Assembly (NCBI RefSeq): GCF_030028105.1
Contig: NC_092389.1
Location: 6,657,835-6,721,834 of the forward strand
Reading direction: 5' to 3'
Length of the DNA: 64,000 bases
Source of the DNA: Mobula birostris
Taxonomy: Eukaryota
Below the pieces are notes generated by a model that worked only from the letters and a program-made list of their open reading frames with translations, did no database searches and was not told the origin of the DNA. Positions 50,446-63,960 of this stretch are shown piece after piece (the stretch's first letter is position 1; each line of letters starts with the position of its first letter). The position numbers and the translations under genes are program-made.

Positions 50446-53400
50446 TAAATATTCTAGTTTTTCATTCACAATATATGGACTTACATCATTTAGAGTCTAT
50501 TCATAATTGTCCCTGAACTGAGGAGGTTCAAAGGAGACCCTTTTTAGTGAGTCTGGAGTCAAATATTCCATGCCAGGAAAGGACAGATGAATTCCTCTGC
50601 TGATGCAAATGTGTAAACCAGATGTGTTTTCACAATAACTCAATACATCCATGTTTAACATTAGTGAGATTATCTTACTTATTAAATTCTACATTCAGTT
50701 AAGTACCTGAATTTAAGCAGCTCAGGAGTCATGGTGGGATTTGAACTTGTGTCATGGTTCAATGGTCCAGTGCACTGACTATTCAGCCAATAATTAAACA
50801 ACTGCGCTATTGTGTAAAATATCACCACTAAGAAATGAAACATTTTCAATTTCAAATAAATGCCTCACTAAGCCCCTCCAGATCAGAAATGACAAGTTCA
50901 GGTTACCTGTACTTCATTTCCAATTGTTGGAATTTAATATAGAAAGGGCCCACAGAAAAGCACTTGTCTCTATATTCTCAAATACGTCTTAACCCCATCT
51001 AAATTATGACGCTAACAATAGACAAATTACACCCAGTGGCTACTTTATTAGGTATACCTGTACACCAGCTTGTTAATCATCCAATCATGTGGCAGCAACT
51101 CAATGCACAAGTTTTGAAGTTTTGAATGGCCTGGTTCTAATCCCAAGAATGTAATCGAAATTCAACCTGACCAAGAGGTAAAACACTTTAATCTTGGCAT
51201 CAATCAAATAGTAAGTGTGAAAGGGCAACAACCATGTGTCCTTATAGCAGTACATACAGAATTTAACTAAAAAGAATATAGAAGAAGCAACACACAGAAA
51301 ATGCTGGAGGAACTCAGCGGGCCAGGCAGAATCTATGGAAAAGAGTAAACAACTGTCGATTCAGGTCAAGACCATTCATCAGTCCATAGATATTGCCTGG
51401 CCTGCTCAGTTCCTCCAGCATTTTGTGTGTGTTGGTTGGATTTCCAGCATCTGCAGACTTTTCCCTTGTTTGAAGCATATAGAAAATAGATTTTAAGGAT
51501 CAATTCACTAATTGGATCGATCAGTTAATAGCCACTTTATTTGGCACACCTGTACACCTGTGAGGGGTGTTCAACTTTATAAAGGGACAGGATTTGGGAA
51601 ATACTGAATGAACTGTTTCCACTTCTTGATGATGTATTAACAGTTCTCCAAAGGAAAGAGGTGAGTGTATGTTGGACTCATTGAACCTTCCAAGGTCTTG
51701 AGGTTCTTCAACATAATCTCGCGTGAGTCACTCAGAAGGAACACAACAGCTAAGGCCACAGCATCACAATAATTATTGCCAGATCTCATTAAAAATTAAA
51801 AACTGAACTCAGCCCTATCTAAAGAACAGCATAAAATGTTCATTAACAGCATTAAGTAAATTGGGTCACCACATTTAACCCCCCCCCCATGTTAAAGATG
51901 GTTCCAATTTTTCCTTCTCACTTTCTATAAAAGTAGATGGATTATATATATAGTTAACAAAATGGGTGTCAGTCCCCATTTTGCCTAATACCTTAAAAAT
52001 TAATTTATGGATGATGGCCATTTTGTGTGATTATTGAAAAGAACTATCTAATTCGATAAAATTAGATAGTGATTGATAAAGGAACCGCCAGGTCCTTACG
52101 ATTCCCCTTGCCCCACCTCCCCATTAAATTATTTCAAGGGGCTATACTTTGGTTATATCCAGTGCTGGTTGCAACAAACCCGTTTTCTCGAATGTTCTTA
52201 TAGAGAGTTTCACAACTTTCAAACACTCACAGCACTTCACAGCCAATGAAGCATTTTGGAAATGTGAAATTAGAACAAACAAAAATGTTGGAAACACATG
52301 GCGGGTAAGGCAGCATCTATCCAATCTATATAATCAATCTATGACGTGACAGTAGCACAATGCTTCAATTCCCACCGCTGTCCATAAGGAACTTGTCTAA
52401 GTTCTACCCATGACCAGGTGCATGATCTGGGTGCATGGTTTACATCCACAGTCCAAAGACATACCAGTTGGTAGGTTAATTGGTTAGTTAATTTTTCCCG
52501 TGATTAGGCTGGATTACACTGGGGGATTGCTGGGTAGTACGGCTTGAAGGGCCAGAATGGCCTATTCTGTGCTGTAAATAAATAGCTAAAATACTGTATA
52601 TAATCTATATATATAATTAATCTATGTTATGTATTTATATTTATTGTGTTTTTATTATTATTGTGCTCCTTATCTTATTGTGTTTTTTATTTGTGCTGCA
52701 TCAGATCCGGAGTAACAATTATTTTGTTCTCCTTTACACTTCTGTACAGGAAATGACATTAAACAATCTTGAATCTTGAATCTGTGAAGAGAGAAACAAA
52801 TACTTCAGGTTGACCTTTAGTCCTTATAACCAAAAGGCTGAGCCTCAAACCATGGTAACCAATAGCAATACCCAATCAAATGTTTACAAAGTACAAAAGA
52901 AAGAAGTTCCATTTCCACAGCACGATCATTTAATTTCACATCCTCATTATGTCTTAAAGTATATTTGAATGGCTGTCATGAAACACAAGTACACACGAGC
53001 CAACTCATACACCTGTGGTCCTCAGGTAACGTATGTGGTAAGGTTGCAAAGAAAATTCATTCTTATTCACAATACATTAATATCTGTGCTCTGTTTAGTT
53101 ACCGTGACCTAAATGGAGGAGTTTCAGCTCTCCGGGTGCAAGGTGCTCCCAAAGTTTTACTGAAACGTTATCAGGCTGTCCAATGGAGCACCGTTAAGAT
53201 TTTGCTAAATATGACCAAACTTATCGAGACGGTGCTGGAGTCTAAGGCATTCACTGTCATCCAAAGGGGATTTCCTTTAAGGTTTAAACCTAGTGTTTGG
53301 TCTCATCACTCCCCACAGAGTTTCCCTAATTACTCCCCGTCTGCCTTTCCGACTCCACCACCAGTGAACCTCATCCTGATTGTCAGTCCCTCGACTCCCA

Positions 53401-54349
53401 AGGTCAATCATGTCCAATTGACCATTGCTCAGTCCATGACCTTTGATCGTCTTAACTGCAGACCTCATTTTACAAACACCAGTGGCCTACCTGACTGACC
53501 AATCTCTGACCTGTAACCAACTACCAGCTGACCGCCCTTCCAAACACTGACCAGCAGCTTTTCATAAATTCTATTATATTCCTTTATTTTCCTGTAAATG
53601 CCTGCAAGAAAATGAACCTCAAGGTAGTGTATGGTGACATATGCATATGTTGATAATGAATTTATTTTGACTTCGAACTTCAAATACTCAACAGGTCAGG
53701 GCTAACTTCACTCACCTCAATTCTGAATGGATTTCACAAACTATGGAGTCACTTTCAACTCAACCTACAGAGTCTATAAATTTATTTTATTGCACAGTAT
53801 GTCTTCAAGAAAATGAATCTCATGGTAGTATATGGTGACATATTGTATTTTGATAATAAATTTACTTTGAACTCCTGACACTAGGTCAAGCCACTCTGCC
53901 AGCGAACTCCCTCAGGCCAGATCTTACAGAGAAATCTGCATTCCAGTTGGCCTCTCCTGGAATACCGATGCCTCACACATGACTGAATATCATTGCCATT
54001 GCCTGGTTGGAAAGTAACCTCACACAGCACTGCTTTAGTACACTTTCTAGGGGCCACACAAATTTGGAGGACATTTCCTAAGGATCACATGCACCCTGCT
54101 CATGGACTGTTTGTCCCACTACCATCAGGGAGGAGGCTATGTAGCATCCACGCCGGGACCACCAGACCCAAAAATCAGTTACTTTCTCCAAACAGCAAGG
54201 CTGATCAACACCTCCACCCACTGACCCACCCCTCCACATCCCCAACCACCACTACTTTATCATTTCCTGTCACGGTCACCTTATGTACAGACACTCGTGT
54301 ACCTAGTGTCACTTTACGGACATACAATCAGCCTATGTATATAAGCTAT

Positions 54350-54950
54350 CCCAATGCAGCCTCCTCTACGTTGGTGAGACCCACCGTAAATCGGGGGTCT
54401 GCTTCATCAAGAAGACCGCACCATCCGCCACAAGCAGGGCTTCCCAGTGGCTAAGCATTTTAATTCCAGTTCCCATTCCAACATGTCAATCCATGGCCCC
54501 CTCTTGTGCCAAAACGAGGCCACCCTCAGGGTGAAGGAACAACACCTTATATTCCATTTGGGTAGCCTGCAACCTGATGGCATGAATATCGATTTCTCCT
54601 TCCAGTAAGCAAAATCCACCCCTCCCCTCCAGTCCCCACTCCAATGTTCCACTTCTCCTCACCTGCCTATTACTTTCCCCTGGATCCCCTCCTCCTTCCC
54701 TCTCTCCAATGACCTACTCTCCTCACCATTTAGATTCTTTCTCCTCCAGCCCTTGAGCTTCCCCACTCACCTGGCTTCAGATGTCACCTTCTAGACAGCC
54801 TCCTTCCTCTCCCCCCACCTTTTTATTCTGCCATCTCCCCTTTTCCTTTCCAGTCCTGAAGAGGGGTCTAAGCTCAAAATGTCAACTGTTTATTCATTTC
54901 CATCGATTGGCCTGACCTGCTGAGATCCCCAGCATTTTGTTTGTGCTGCT
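54350..54950 (+). mobile_element. Penelope-like 3' fragment nested in a Rex-type 3' end
   Basis: Encodes LLYVGET..VAKHFNS..EQHLIFHLGSLQPDGMNIDF. Host sequence flanks both sides. Confidence 0.75.
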
Positions 54951-56717
54951 CTATTTTTTTTTATTATTGTGTTCTTTATCTTTTGTGCTGGATCTTGTGC
55001 TGGACTTGTGTGCTGGAAATGACATTAACGATCTTGAATAATTTTACAATTAAATAAAGAAGCAATAACTTTAGTCCTATATTGCGAGACATATATTGCA
55101 GATCAGGAATTAAGAGGTTAAATTATGAGCACAGAATGGAACAGAATGTTTTAATATACTACTTAGATGATTCTAAATCGTCCATTAGTATCATACGCTC
55201 CATGTCTTACTGATAATGAAATATCTCACAGAGTCACTTTGAAGCAAATTAAATTAATATTGTTTTTCCTAATATGTTATTTCGTTAGTATATGAATCTC
55301 ACTGCCAGCAGTACTTCATCAGGATCCCAATCTTATTTCCGGTCACTTTAATAAGATTCACATACAGCAGAATAACTAAATAAGTTTTCTGTAAGCCATT
55401 CTATCCGACTGCTGGCACATTTGATTGCTTCCAGCCTTGAGGGAAAAAATTCCTTTGGGAAAATACCTAGTGCAGTGTATAGCCGGATGGACATGCTTCA
55501 TTGCATTTTCCCTCTCTGGATGAAACTCAATGCTAAATGGCTCCTTTATATTACATTATTGTGTAAAGCAAACTCTGGAAAATACACAAACTGGCCTATT
55601 AGTGCCATTAGCAAGTGGTTGAAAAATTGGATTAAGTTTCCCTCTAGCCTTCTGTTCTTCTCTTCACCTCTCTAATAAACTGCTCAGCAATCCAACTGAT
55701 CTCTGTAGAATTAAGAAGTGTAAACATTTTCACTGTTGCAAAAATCTTTGTAAAACATTGATAAAGCAATGACAGTCATTAAAAGTGGTCTTATCTGTGA
55801 AAATTAAAAGGCGAAGGAGAGAATAGTAGTCATGTAGACAATCAGTCATCTGTTCCTAGTTGTTCCTTACATTCCAGCAACAATAAAGCTGAATTGCAAA
55901 GTCTTTACTTACATCATTAATTTTCCAATTTAAAAACTGTTTCTACATGAAATGCTAACTACAGGTCCCAGTCTAGAGCATGAGAAATGTAGTTATTTAT
56001 TTATTCACTATTTATTGAGCTACAGTGTGGAATAGGCCCTTCTGGCCAGTTGGGCCGCTTCGCGTGGCAACACCTGATTTAACCCGAGTTTAATCACAGG
56101 AAAATTCACAATGACCAATTAACCTATCAACAGGAATGTGGGAGGAAACCAGAGCATCTGGAGGAAAATGACACAGTCACGGGGAAAACTTACAAACTCC
56201 TTACAGATAACAGTGGGAGCTGAAGCCGGGTTGCAGATACTGTAAAGCATTGTGTATAAAGTGCTGCTTTGATTGAATCAAAGTGTGCCTGAAATCTGCC
56301 ATTTATTGGTTGTTTTTTTAATAATTTTAGAATTTTTACTCCTGAAAATAATCCTGGGAATAAAAGGGTTAACATATGAGGAGTAATTGATGACTCTGGG
56401 CATGTAGTTTAGAAGAATGATGGGTATCTCATTGAAATCTATCGAATATTGAAAGGCTGAGAGAGTGAACATGGAGTAAATGTTTCCTATGATGGGGGAC
56501 TCGAAGGTCAGAAGGCACAGTCTCACAAGACAAGGATGTCCCTTTAGAACAGAGATGAGGAAGAATTTCTTTAACTAGAGGGTGGTGAGGCTGTGGAATT
56601 CTTTTCCATAGGCATCTGTGGAGGCTAAGTCATTGGGTATATTTAAAGAGCAGGTTGATAGGTTCTTGATTAGCAATAGTGGCAAATGTTCTGGGGAGAA
56701 GATAGGAGAATGGCTTT

Positions 56718-57691
56718 GAAACATAGAAAATAGGTGCAGGAGTAGGCCATTCGGCCCTTCGAGCCTGCACCGCCATTCATTATGATCATGGCTGATCATC
56801 CAACTTAGAACCCCGCCCCAGCCTTCCCTCCATACCCCCTGACCCCCGTAGCCACAAGGGCCATATCTAACTCCCTCTTAAATATAGCCAATGAACTGGC
56901 CTCAACTGTTTCCTGTGGCAGAGAATTCCACAGATTCACCACTCTCTGTGTGAAGAAGTTTTTCCTAATCTCGGTCCTAAAAGGCTTCCCCTCTATCCTC
57001 AAACTGTGGCCCCTCGTTCTGGACTTCCCCAACATCGGGAACAATCTTCCTGCATCTAGCCTGTCCAATCCCTTTAGGATCTTATACGTTTCAATCAGAT
57101 CCCCCCTCAATCTTCTAAATTCCAACGAGTACAAGCCCAGTTCATCCAGTCTTTCTTCATATGAAAGTCCTGCCATCCCAGGAATCAATCTGGTGAACCT
57201 TCTTTGTACTCCCTCTATGGCAAGGATGTCTTTCCTCAGATTAGGGGACCAAAACTGCACACAATACTCCAGGTGTGGTCTCACCAAGGCCTTGTACAAC
57301 TGCAGTAGTACCTCCCTGCTCCTGTACTCGAATCCTCTCGCTATAAATGCCAGCATACCATTCGCCTTTTTCACCGCCTGCTGTACCTGCATGCCCACTT
57401 TCAATGACTGGTGTATAATGACACCCAGGTCTCGTTGCACCTCCCCTTTTCCTAATCGGCCACCATTCAGATAATAACCTGTTTTCCTATTTTTGCCACC
57501 AAAGTGGATAACTTCACATTTATCCACATTAAATTGCATCTGCCATGAACTTGCCCACTCACCCAACCTATCCAAGTCACCCTGCATCCTCTTAGCATCC
57601 TCCTCACAGCTAACACTGCCACCCAGCTTCGTGTCATCCGCAAACTTGGAGATGCTGCATTTAATTCCCTCATCCAAGTCATTAATATATA
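56718..57691 (-). mobile_element. Young 5'-truncated CR1 LINE upstream of HTR3A
   Basis: Uninterrupted 290-aa ORF (KFADDTKLGG..LVRPHLEYCVQFW..FFTQRVVNLWNSLP) with an intact 3' UTR. Inserted in an older + strand CR1 tail, with TTGA on both sides. Confidence 0.92.
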
Positions 57692-58155
57692 TTGAGAGGG
57701 ATAATAATCAGCCTTGAACAGAGTCGACGGGCCAAATGGCCTAATTCTGCTCCTATGTCTTATGGTCCTATTTAGTGTGATTCCTGGCTCAGTTTGTGTG
57801 GGGAGTGCGTTGCATACTGAAGTCACCAGTCTGCCTGAGTGAAGCTGCACAGTGCAAACAGACCACAGGGCTGACATCAGCCAGTTACTTTCGTTGAAAC
57901 CTGATGCAGATCCTTCCATCACATCTGATTATATGAACAATTAATCAGCATCAGTTACCAAAACATGAGTGGAGACGAGGGCAAAAAAGTCACTCATGGG
58001 TTGGGTTAAATTCACTTTTAATGCGGAGACAGGATTGCACGACCGCCTTTGTATCAGACAGGGGTAAATGGACCTCCATATCACAGCCGAACCGAACAAT
58101 CCCATTTTCGTCTTCAAACATCATTGACTTAACTAGAAGTGTGAGAAGAGCCAGC

Positions 58156-58219
58156 ATGAGCATCTGCACTTCCTGGGCAACTGTCGCCATAATTCTCACT
58201 GTTTTGCTATCTTCTGAAG
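58156..58219 (+). CDS. HTR3A: 5-HT3 receptor subunit A, coding exon 1 (signal peptide MSICTSWATVAIILTVLLSSE-G)
   Basis: agcATG context, hydrophobic core and donor AAG|gtaggt. Phase 1 matches exon 2. Confidence 0.8.
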
Positions 58220-60396
58220 GTAGGTTAATCTTTATTGTTCTTTTGAATGTGTACATATAATAACTTTATCCCATAGCCCTCGTCCATGGTATTCAATTTA
58301 TACCTTGAGATACTTCTTGCCATTGTAAGTTGCTGCCATCCTCGACCTAATGTATCATTATGTTGGCCAATATGAAAAGAAAGCGAACTCACAACAAACT
58401 CCAATGCTTAATCTAAATTCTAAATAGATTCTCCCATGATTAGTCATTGGTAGAATGAACTAGTAGAAAGCACAGCTGTACAAGTTTGATCTCGGCTTCT
58501 GTCAGCATAATAGCAATTTTTTAAATAAATAGTTAGTTCCTTTCTATGATATTCTTTGTGCAGTTCAGCAGAAGATTCTTCAACCTGAAAGCACTGACAT
58601 TTTGATCCACATTCTGGAAGCTTTATCAACAATTTACCTTCTTTGATATTTTTACCTATGAGAGCACAAATAAGAACATGCAAATATGAATTGTTGGTGT
58701 GCTCTTCTCCTGAAGGGTTTTTAAATCAATGTCATCTGAATGAAGCCAGGATTTAAACCAGAATAATAAAAGCTGTAAAGAATAATAGATAAACTTTGTA
58801 TTGGCGGATTGCGCTGTACACAGGACAAGGGTAATAGACAGAATGACAGAGAGGTCAGTGCTTCGCAGCACCCTACCAACCACGATATGTTATCTCAGCA
58901 CAATAGGTTGTATAGTGTGACTCAAACAATTTCTATCCACTTTTCTTCACAGTATGGACACAATCAACATAATTTTCTTTGCATGAAAGGGTCACTCTAA
59001 TTCTCATAGTGAAAAATCTGAGACAGACTGAAAGTTATGAGGAATAACAAAAATAACTAATACAAGCAAAAAAAATGACGCTAATGGCAAAACAAACATA
59101 TGTCTACTGTGAGTATAAATAGTAAAGGATGAATTATTACCAACAGATGCATCTTGAAAAGGATGGGAGCTGAAGTTATGACCGGAAATTTTTAAGATAT
59201 ACATTGGCATTAGGAAAATGCCTGATCAAAAATCTTTGGGGATTTATATCATTTCTTACATAGCAAGGACCTGCTCTTGGTTGTACAGGGCACAATTTCC
59301 AAATTTACAGTTAACACAAAGCCTTGCATAGTGAGGAGGATGGTAAATGAGTGATAGGGAAACAGACTGAAATTTAATGTTGAGAAATGTGACGTGTTAA
59401 GTTTTGGTAGGAAGGAAAACAGGCAATATAAAAGGGGTAGAAGAATATAATTCCGGACTGTATGTTGATTGTTTGTTGAAAATGGCCAGACAAATTGAGA
59501 AACTGATTACAAATGATTTGCCGTGCTTTACAACAAAGTTCCATTTCAGAACTATTTTTAATACTAACAGTGTGTCGGTCAGAAATGTGTCTGCCCAGCC
59601 ATATGTTTGAATAAAAAATATAGGCCAACCAAAGACAACATGTAATTAAACCAACTATTTGGGTTAAACTATTTATTTAACGCAACTATTCGGATTTCTT
59701 TGCGAATGCAATAATATTTCTGCAAACAAGCCCATATGACCATAAGACTTAGGAGCAGAATTAGGCCATCTAGCCCATCGAGTCTGCTCCACCATTCAAT
59801 CGTCGCTGGTCCTTCCTTTTCCCCGTCCTCGGCCCCACTCTGGCCTTGTCCCCATAACCTTTAATGCCGTGTCCAAACAAGTCCCCGTGAGACAGAGGTT
59901 GCTGCAGCCCCAGAGCAGTCAGCAATTCCATCCAGACTGTCTCCCAAACGCTTGTTCTTATATATAGAACCCACTGGTTCCGCCACGATGAAGTACAGCG
60001 ATGAGTTCTGTATGCTGTACTTCAGGAAAGATCTAAAGGCTTTAGAGACAGTACAGAAGATTACATGATTCTTGGGAACCCGGACTTTAGTTCTATGAAT
60101 AGGTGGAGAACCTGAGGTTGTTCTTCTTGGAACAGAGGAGCCTGGGGGGGAATCTGATAGAGGTGTTTAAAATCATGAAGCGTAATAGAAACCTTTCCAG
60201 TTCGTGTAAGGATCAAGAACTATTGGGCATGTAATTTGTAAAGGAAGCAAAAGAGACGCAATGCAAAGAAAGGTTTTTTACACAAAGCATAATTGGGATC
60301 TGGGTGGACTGCGGGTTACATTAGGAGAATCAGATTCAATTGCAATGTGTTTTTGTAAGCTCTTTACTTTATAATATTATTGACCATCATTTTCAG

Positions 60397-60557
60397 GGCA
60401 GACAGGGGGAAATCAAACTGAAAGCCCGAAGCCAGGTTTACTGCAGCTTTCTGCGTATCTAATGGCCAATTATTCCAAGGGTGTTCGACCAGTCCTGGAC
60501 TGGAGGAAAACAACAACAGTGGCCATTGATCTTATGGTTTACGCTATTCTGAATGTG
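60397..60557 (+). CDS. HTR3A: HTR3A exon 2 (...LLQLSAYLMANYSKGVRPVLDWRKTTTVAIDLMVYAILNV)
   Basis: Closely matches the HTR3A motif KGVRPVRDWRKPTTVSIDVIVYAILNV. Bounded by tttcag / gtacgt. Confidence 0.95.
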
Positions 60558-61723
60558 GTACGTACTTGCGATCTGTCTGAACTCTATATTCAAATCACTG
60601 TCTCAATGAAAACTACCACTTTGATTTACAGAGCAACACAAGGTGGCCTCTAACTGTGTTTGAACATTGCAGGCAGTGTCCTTTAAGAGCAGGGACAATG
60701 GAGTTAGACTTCAAAGAACAAGGAACTTGATAATGGAAGGATTACTGTACAACTGTACATAACAACGTTTTAAAAAATTAAATTAATTGCATTATTTCAT
60801 TAAGACTGCTGTGGGAGATACAGCAAAGTGTTGTATCTGCTAGAAGAGGGAGCAGAAAGGAACATCTCTGATCCACACTGCAGTAAGTGTCTGCAGCTTG
60901 AGGAATTTTGGTTCAGATTTGACGAGAGGAGTGAGGAAAGGTTGTCTGGATATTTTGTTCCAGAACATAATTATATCTATTATGCTTTAATGCTGTAGAA
61001 TTTGTACTCTTAAAAAGGCAGGAGGATGTGACTAACAGTGAAGCAAGTTAGAGGGTCCAGAAAGTACTGTTTGAAGTGTCTCAGGATGTGTCCAGCAGCT
61101 GAAGGAAGGAGTGGATCACAGTACCATAGTACTGGATGCCATTAAAGTCGGTGCAGTTATAGGAAATATAATAGTGAACAGAGACAGTGCAGGTAGAAGA
61201 TGGGTAGTGTTTTCATAACTGTAATCTAGTGTCTTGAATGTTTCTGGGTTAAGGAGGCTCCTCAAATTGGGGGAGACTTGGATCTTGAGGAGAAAGACCC
61301 AATTGTCATGACCCATGTGGGAATCAATAATATTACTATTATAAAAAAGAAGATTCTTTTGAACAAATAGCAACAGTTTAGGTCCCAATTTCACTTGAAT
61401 TAGACTGGGAACAGTGTTCAAGCATAACTATTGACTAGCCCTGTGGACATGTGGATCTCCTCTTATTTTTAATTGTACGGGCCAAGCTTTCTCATCTAGA
61501 GCAGAGGCATAACAATCTCAGGAAACACAGGAAAATAACGCTAGAGCTTGAAGAGTTAAAGTATTCTTTATAGGACTGTACGACAAGGAGTGGTATGAGA
61601 TGCTTAAAGTACTTGAAGGATTCAACAAGGGAGCATATTCTTTAACATTAGAAGCAAACTATTCAGAAATGGTATCAGGAAACACTTCTACACGGAAAGA
61701 GAAGGAGACATCAAATTCAGCAG

Positions 61724-63223
61724 TGTTACGTACCCCGTAACGGGTTATAGAACCAGCAGAAATGGAAAACACCTTAAGTCTGGTATTGCTTTTAACTAAT
61801 ACTATTTTTATTGGTAACTACGCAATACAGTAATATATAACCAGATAAATCAAACAGGTTAACAGTGTTACATGTATATATGTGTGTAAATATAACTCCC
61901 AAACTATTGAGCTTGGGGGAAACAAGGCTTAGAGTCTTGAGATGGTGAAGTATGAAAGTTCAGTTCATCCACGGAATAGGTGATGAGAGAGAGATATTTG
62001 TAATTCAGGGTAAATGCCGAGAGAAGACAATTACGTCGCTATTCCACAGATTCCACGACAGCAATACAAAATAACAATAGTGGTAGGTTTTATCTCCGAT
62101 GTTGTTCCACTCCACACACGGAATATCACCGACAATGATCGTCAACAAACATCCCTTCAACACAAGTGGTACCACACCCGAATTCAGCTACGGGTCATCC
62201 CAAGGTGGTGGCCACAGGATACTCCAACAGAATCCACGCATGGATTATCACCAACAGTAGCTTATCACTCAGGGGACCCTCTTCAAGTGGTAAAACTACC
62301 AACCCAGGCAAGGATTATCACACACAGGTAGTTTCCACACAAGGGTACTCCAAACACACAACTGTGATAGCCACTTATCCAGTTCCACAACATATGAAAT
62401 AACTCCAATGGTGATTTGCCACAGGGGTGCCTTTCTTCAGTGAACTACCACACCCGGACAAGGGTAACACACAAGTAGTATTCACAAAGGTACTCCCCTC
62501 ACCAGAGAACCCACTCCTGTGGATTAACTATGTGACAGTCACACCTTCGTATTCGAATGGAACTCAAACTCACCCTTACGGGCTACAGAGGAGAGAGTCC
62601 AAACAGTGACGTCTTTGTCACTAGGTTTCTTCTGTTTCGAACCTTCCTCTCCCCTCTTCTCTTCCTTTAATGTCACCGAATGTGACCACAACAAAAGGGG
62701 ACCATTCTTCTGTGGTAAAGTTATCAACCCCGGCAAGGGTTGACACACTGATAACTTTCCACCGGTCACACCTTTTCCACACTGCGAGAGCCACTGATCG
62801 ATTCTCCTGATCGATCTTCCTAAAACCCACCCTTCTGTGGGCACACCAATCTCATCCAGTGTCCAAAACCATGTGTCCGTGAGCCTATCATCTGACCTTC
62901 TATTTATCTCAGCATGCTGAGCACCAGCTGTCTGTCCATCAAATAATGCCGCCCTTGGTCACTATGGCAACCCACGAGCTGCTCGTTGCTCTCTCTCTTC
63001 TCTTCCTGCAAACTTGTTCTAGTTGCAGACAACTTGTGAGAGTCATTTATCAATACTCAGGATCAATCGCAACTCACCCCTTTTGGGCTAATGAAAGTTT
63101 AAACCAGCAACCGACTCACTGGTGTCTTTCAATGACCGACTCCATCTTGACCCTGAGCATGTGCTTCTCTGTGTCTGTAGCTGTCCTTGTAAAAAGTAAA
63201 CACGCCGCAGAGAAACCATAACA
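61724..63223 (-). mobile_element. Solo-LTR-like element (~1.5 kb) in HTR3A intron 2
   Basis: TGTTA...TAACA termini, minus-strand AATAAA near 61810 and internal imperfect repeats. Flanks GCAG/CGAG are not a perfect TSD. Confidence 0.6.
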
Positions 63224-63419
63224 CGAGCTGAAAGGCAGACTCCGCCCCTCTCTCTGTCTCTCTCAGCAGAAATCCAAAATTTAGTCTCAGTTCTCTCTTG
63301 TGCCTTAAAGTGACAGTCTACAGTAAAAAGGAACCCTAGGGGAATATAACAGCAGAAATAAAGAAAAGTCATAAAGGGTCAAACAGTGCATTCTTCTTCC
63401 AAACCTGAAAGACCAGTCT

Positions 63420-63815
63420 TCATCATATCAGAATCAGATTTAATATCACCGGCATATGTGCCTCAGGCCCCTGTACCTCCTCCCTGATCGTAGCAATGAG
63501 AAGAAGGCATGACCTGGGTGATGGGGGTCCTTAATGATGGATGCCACCTTTTTGAAGCATCACTCTTTGAAGATGTCCTGGATACTATGGAGCCCTGTGC
63601 TCCTGATGGAGCTAAGTTTACAACTCTGCAGCTTACTTTGATCCTGAGCAATAGCCCCCTCCCATACCAGACGGTGACACAGCCAGTGAGAATGTGCTCC
63701 ACAGTACGTCCGTAGAAATTTGCGAGTGTCTTTGATGGCATACCACAACTCCCCAAACTCCTAATGAAATATAGCCACTGTTGTGTCTTCCTTGTAGCTG
63801 CATTGATATGCTAGG
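63420..63815 (-). mobile_element. Rex1/Babar-type LINE 3' fragment
   Basis: Encodes KTLANFYGRTVEHILTGCVTVWYG. Confidence 0.7.
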
Positions 63816-63915
63816 TATGTGCATGCTCACACACACTGAATGTCCATGGATTACTCCTTCCTTTCTAACAATTGCAAATTAATTTTGGTTGATGATGTGC
63901 TTTATCTACTTTCAG

Positions 63916-63960
63916 GATGAGAAAAATCAAGTTTTAACCACCTATATCTGGTACCGACAG
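63916..63960 (+). CDS. HTR3A: HTR3A exon 3 (DEKNQVLTTYIWYRQ); gene continues beyond the window
   Basis: 45-nt exon whose peptide matches mammalian HTR3A as I recall it. Bounded by tttcag / gtaaga. Confidence 0.96.

Noticed and set aside
52965-53498. 177-aa ORF between HTR3B and HTR3A
   Set aside because: Non-ATG start, no recognisable domain and no exon-like boundaries.
56950-57474. 174-aa plus-strand ORF upstream of HTR3A
   Set aside because: Antisense shadow of the intact CR1 ORF2.
58275-58297. REST/NRSE-like motif in HTR3A intron 1 (also a weak one near 31404)
   Set aside because: Only the central GTCCATGGT matches, with too many mismatches in the GCTG half-site to support a call without a PWM scan.
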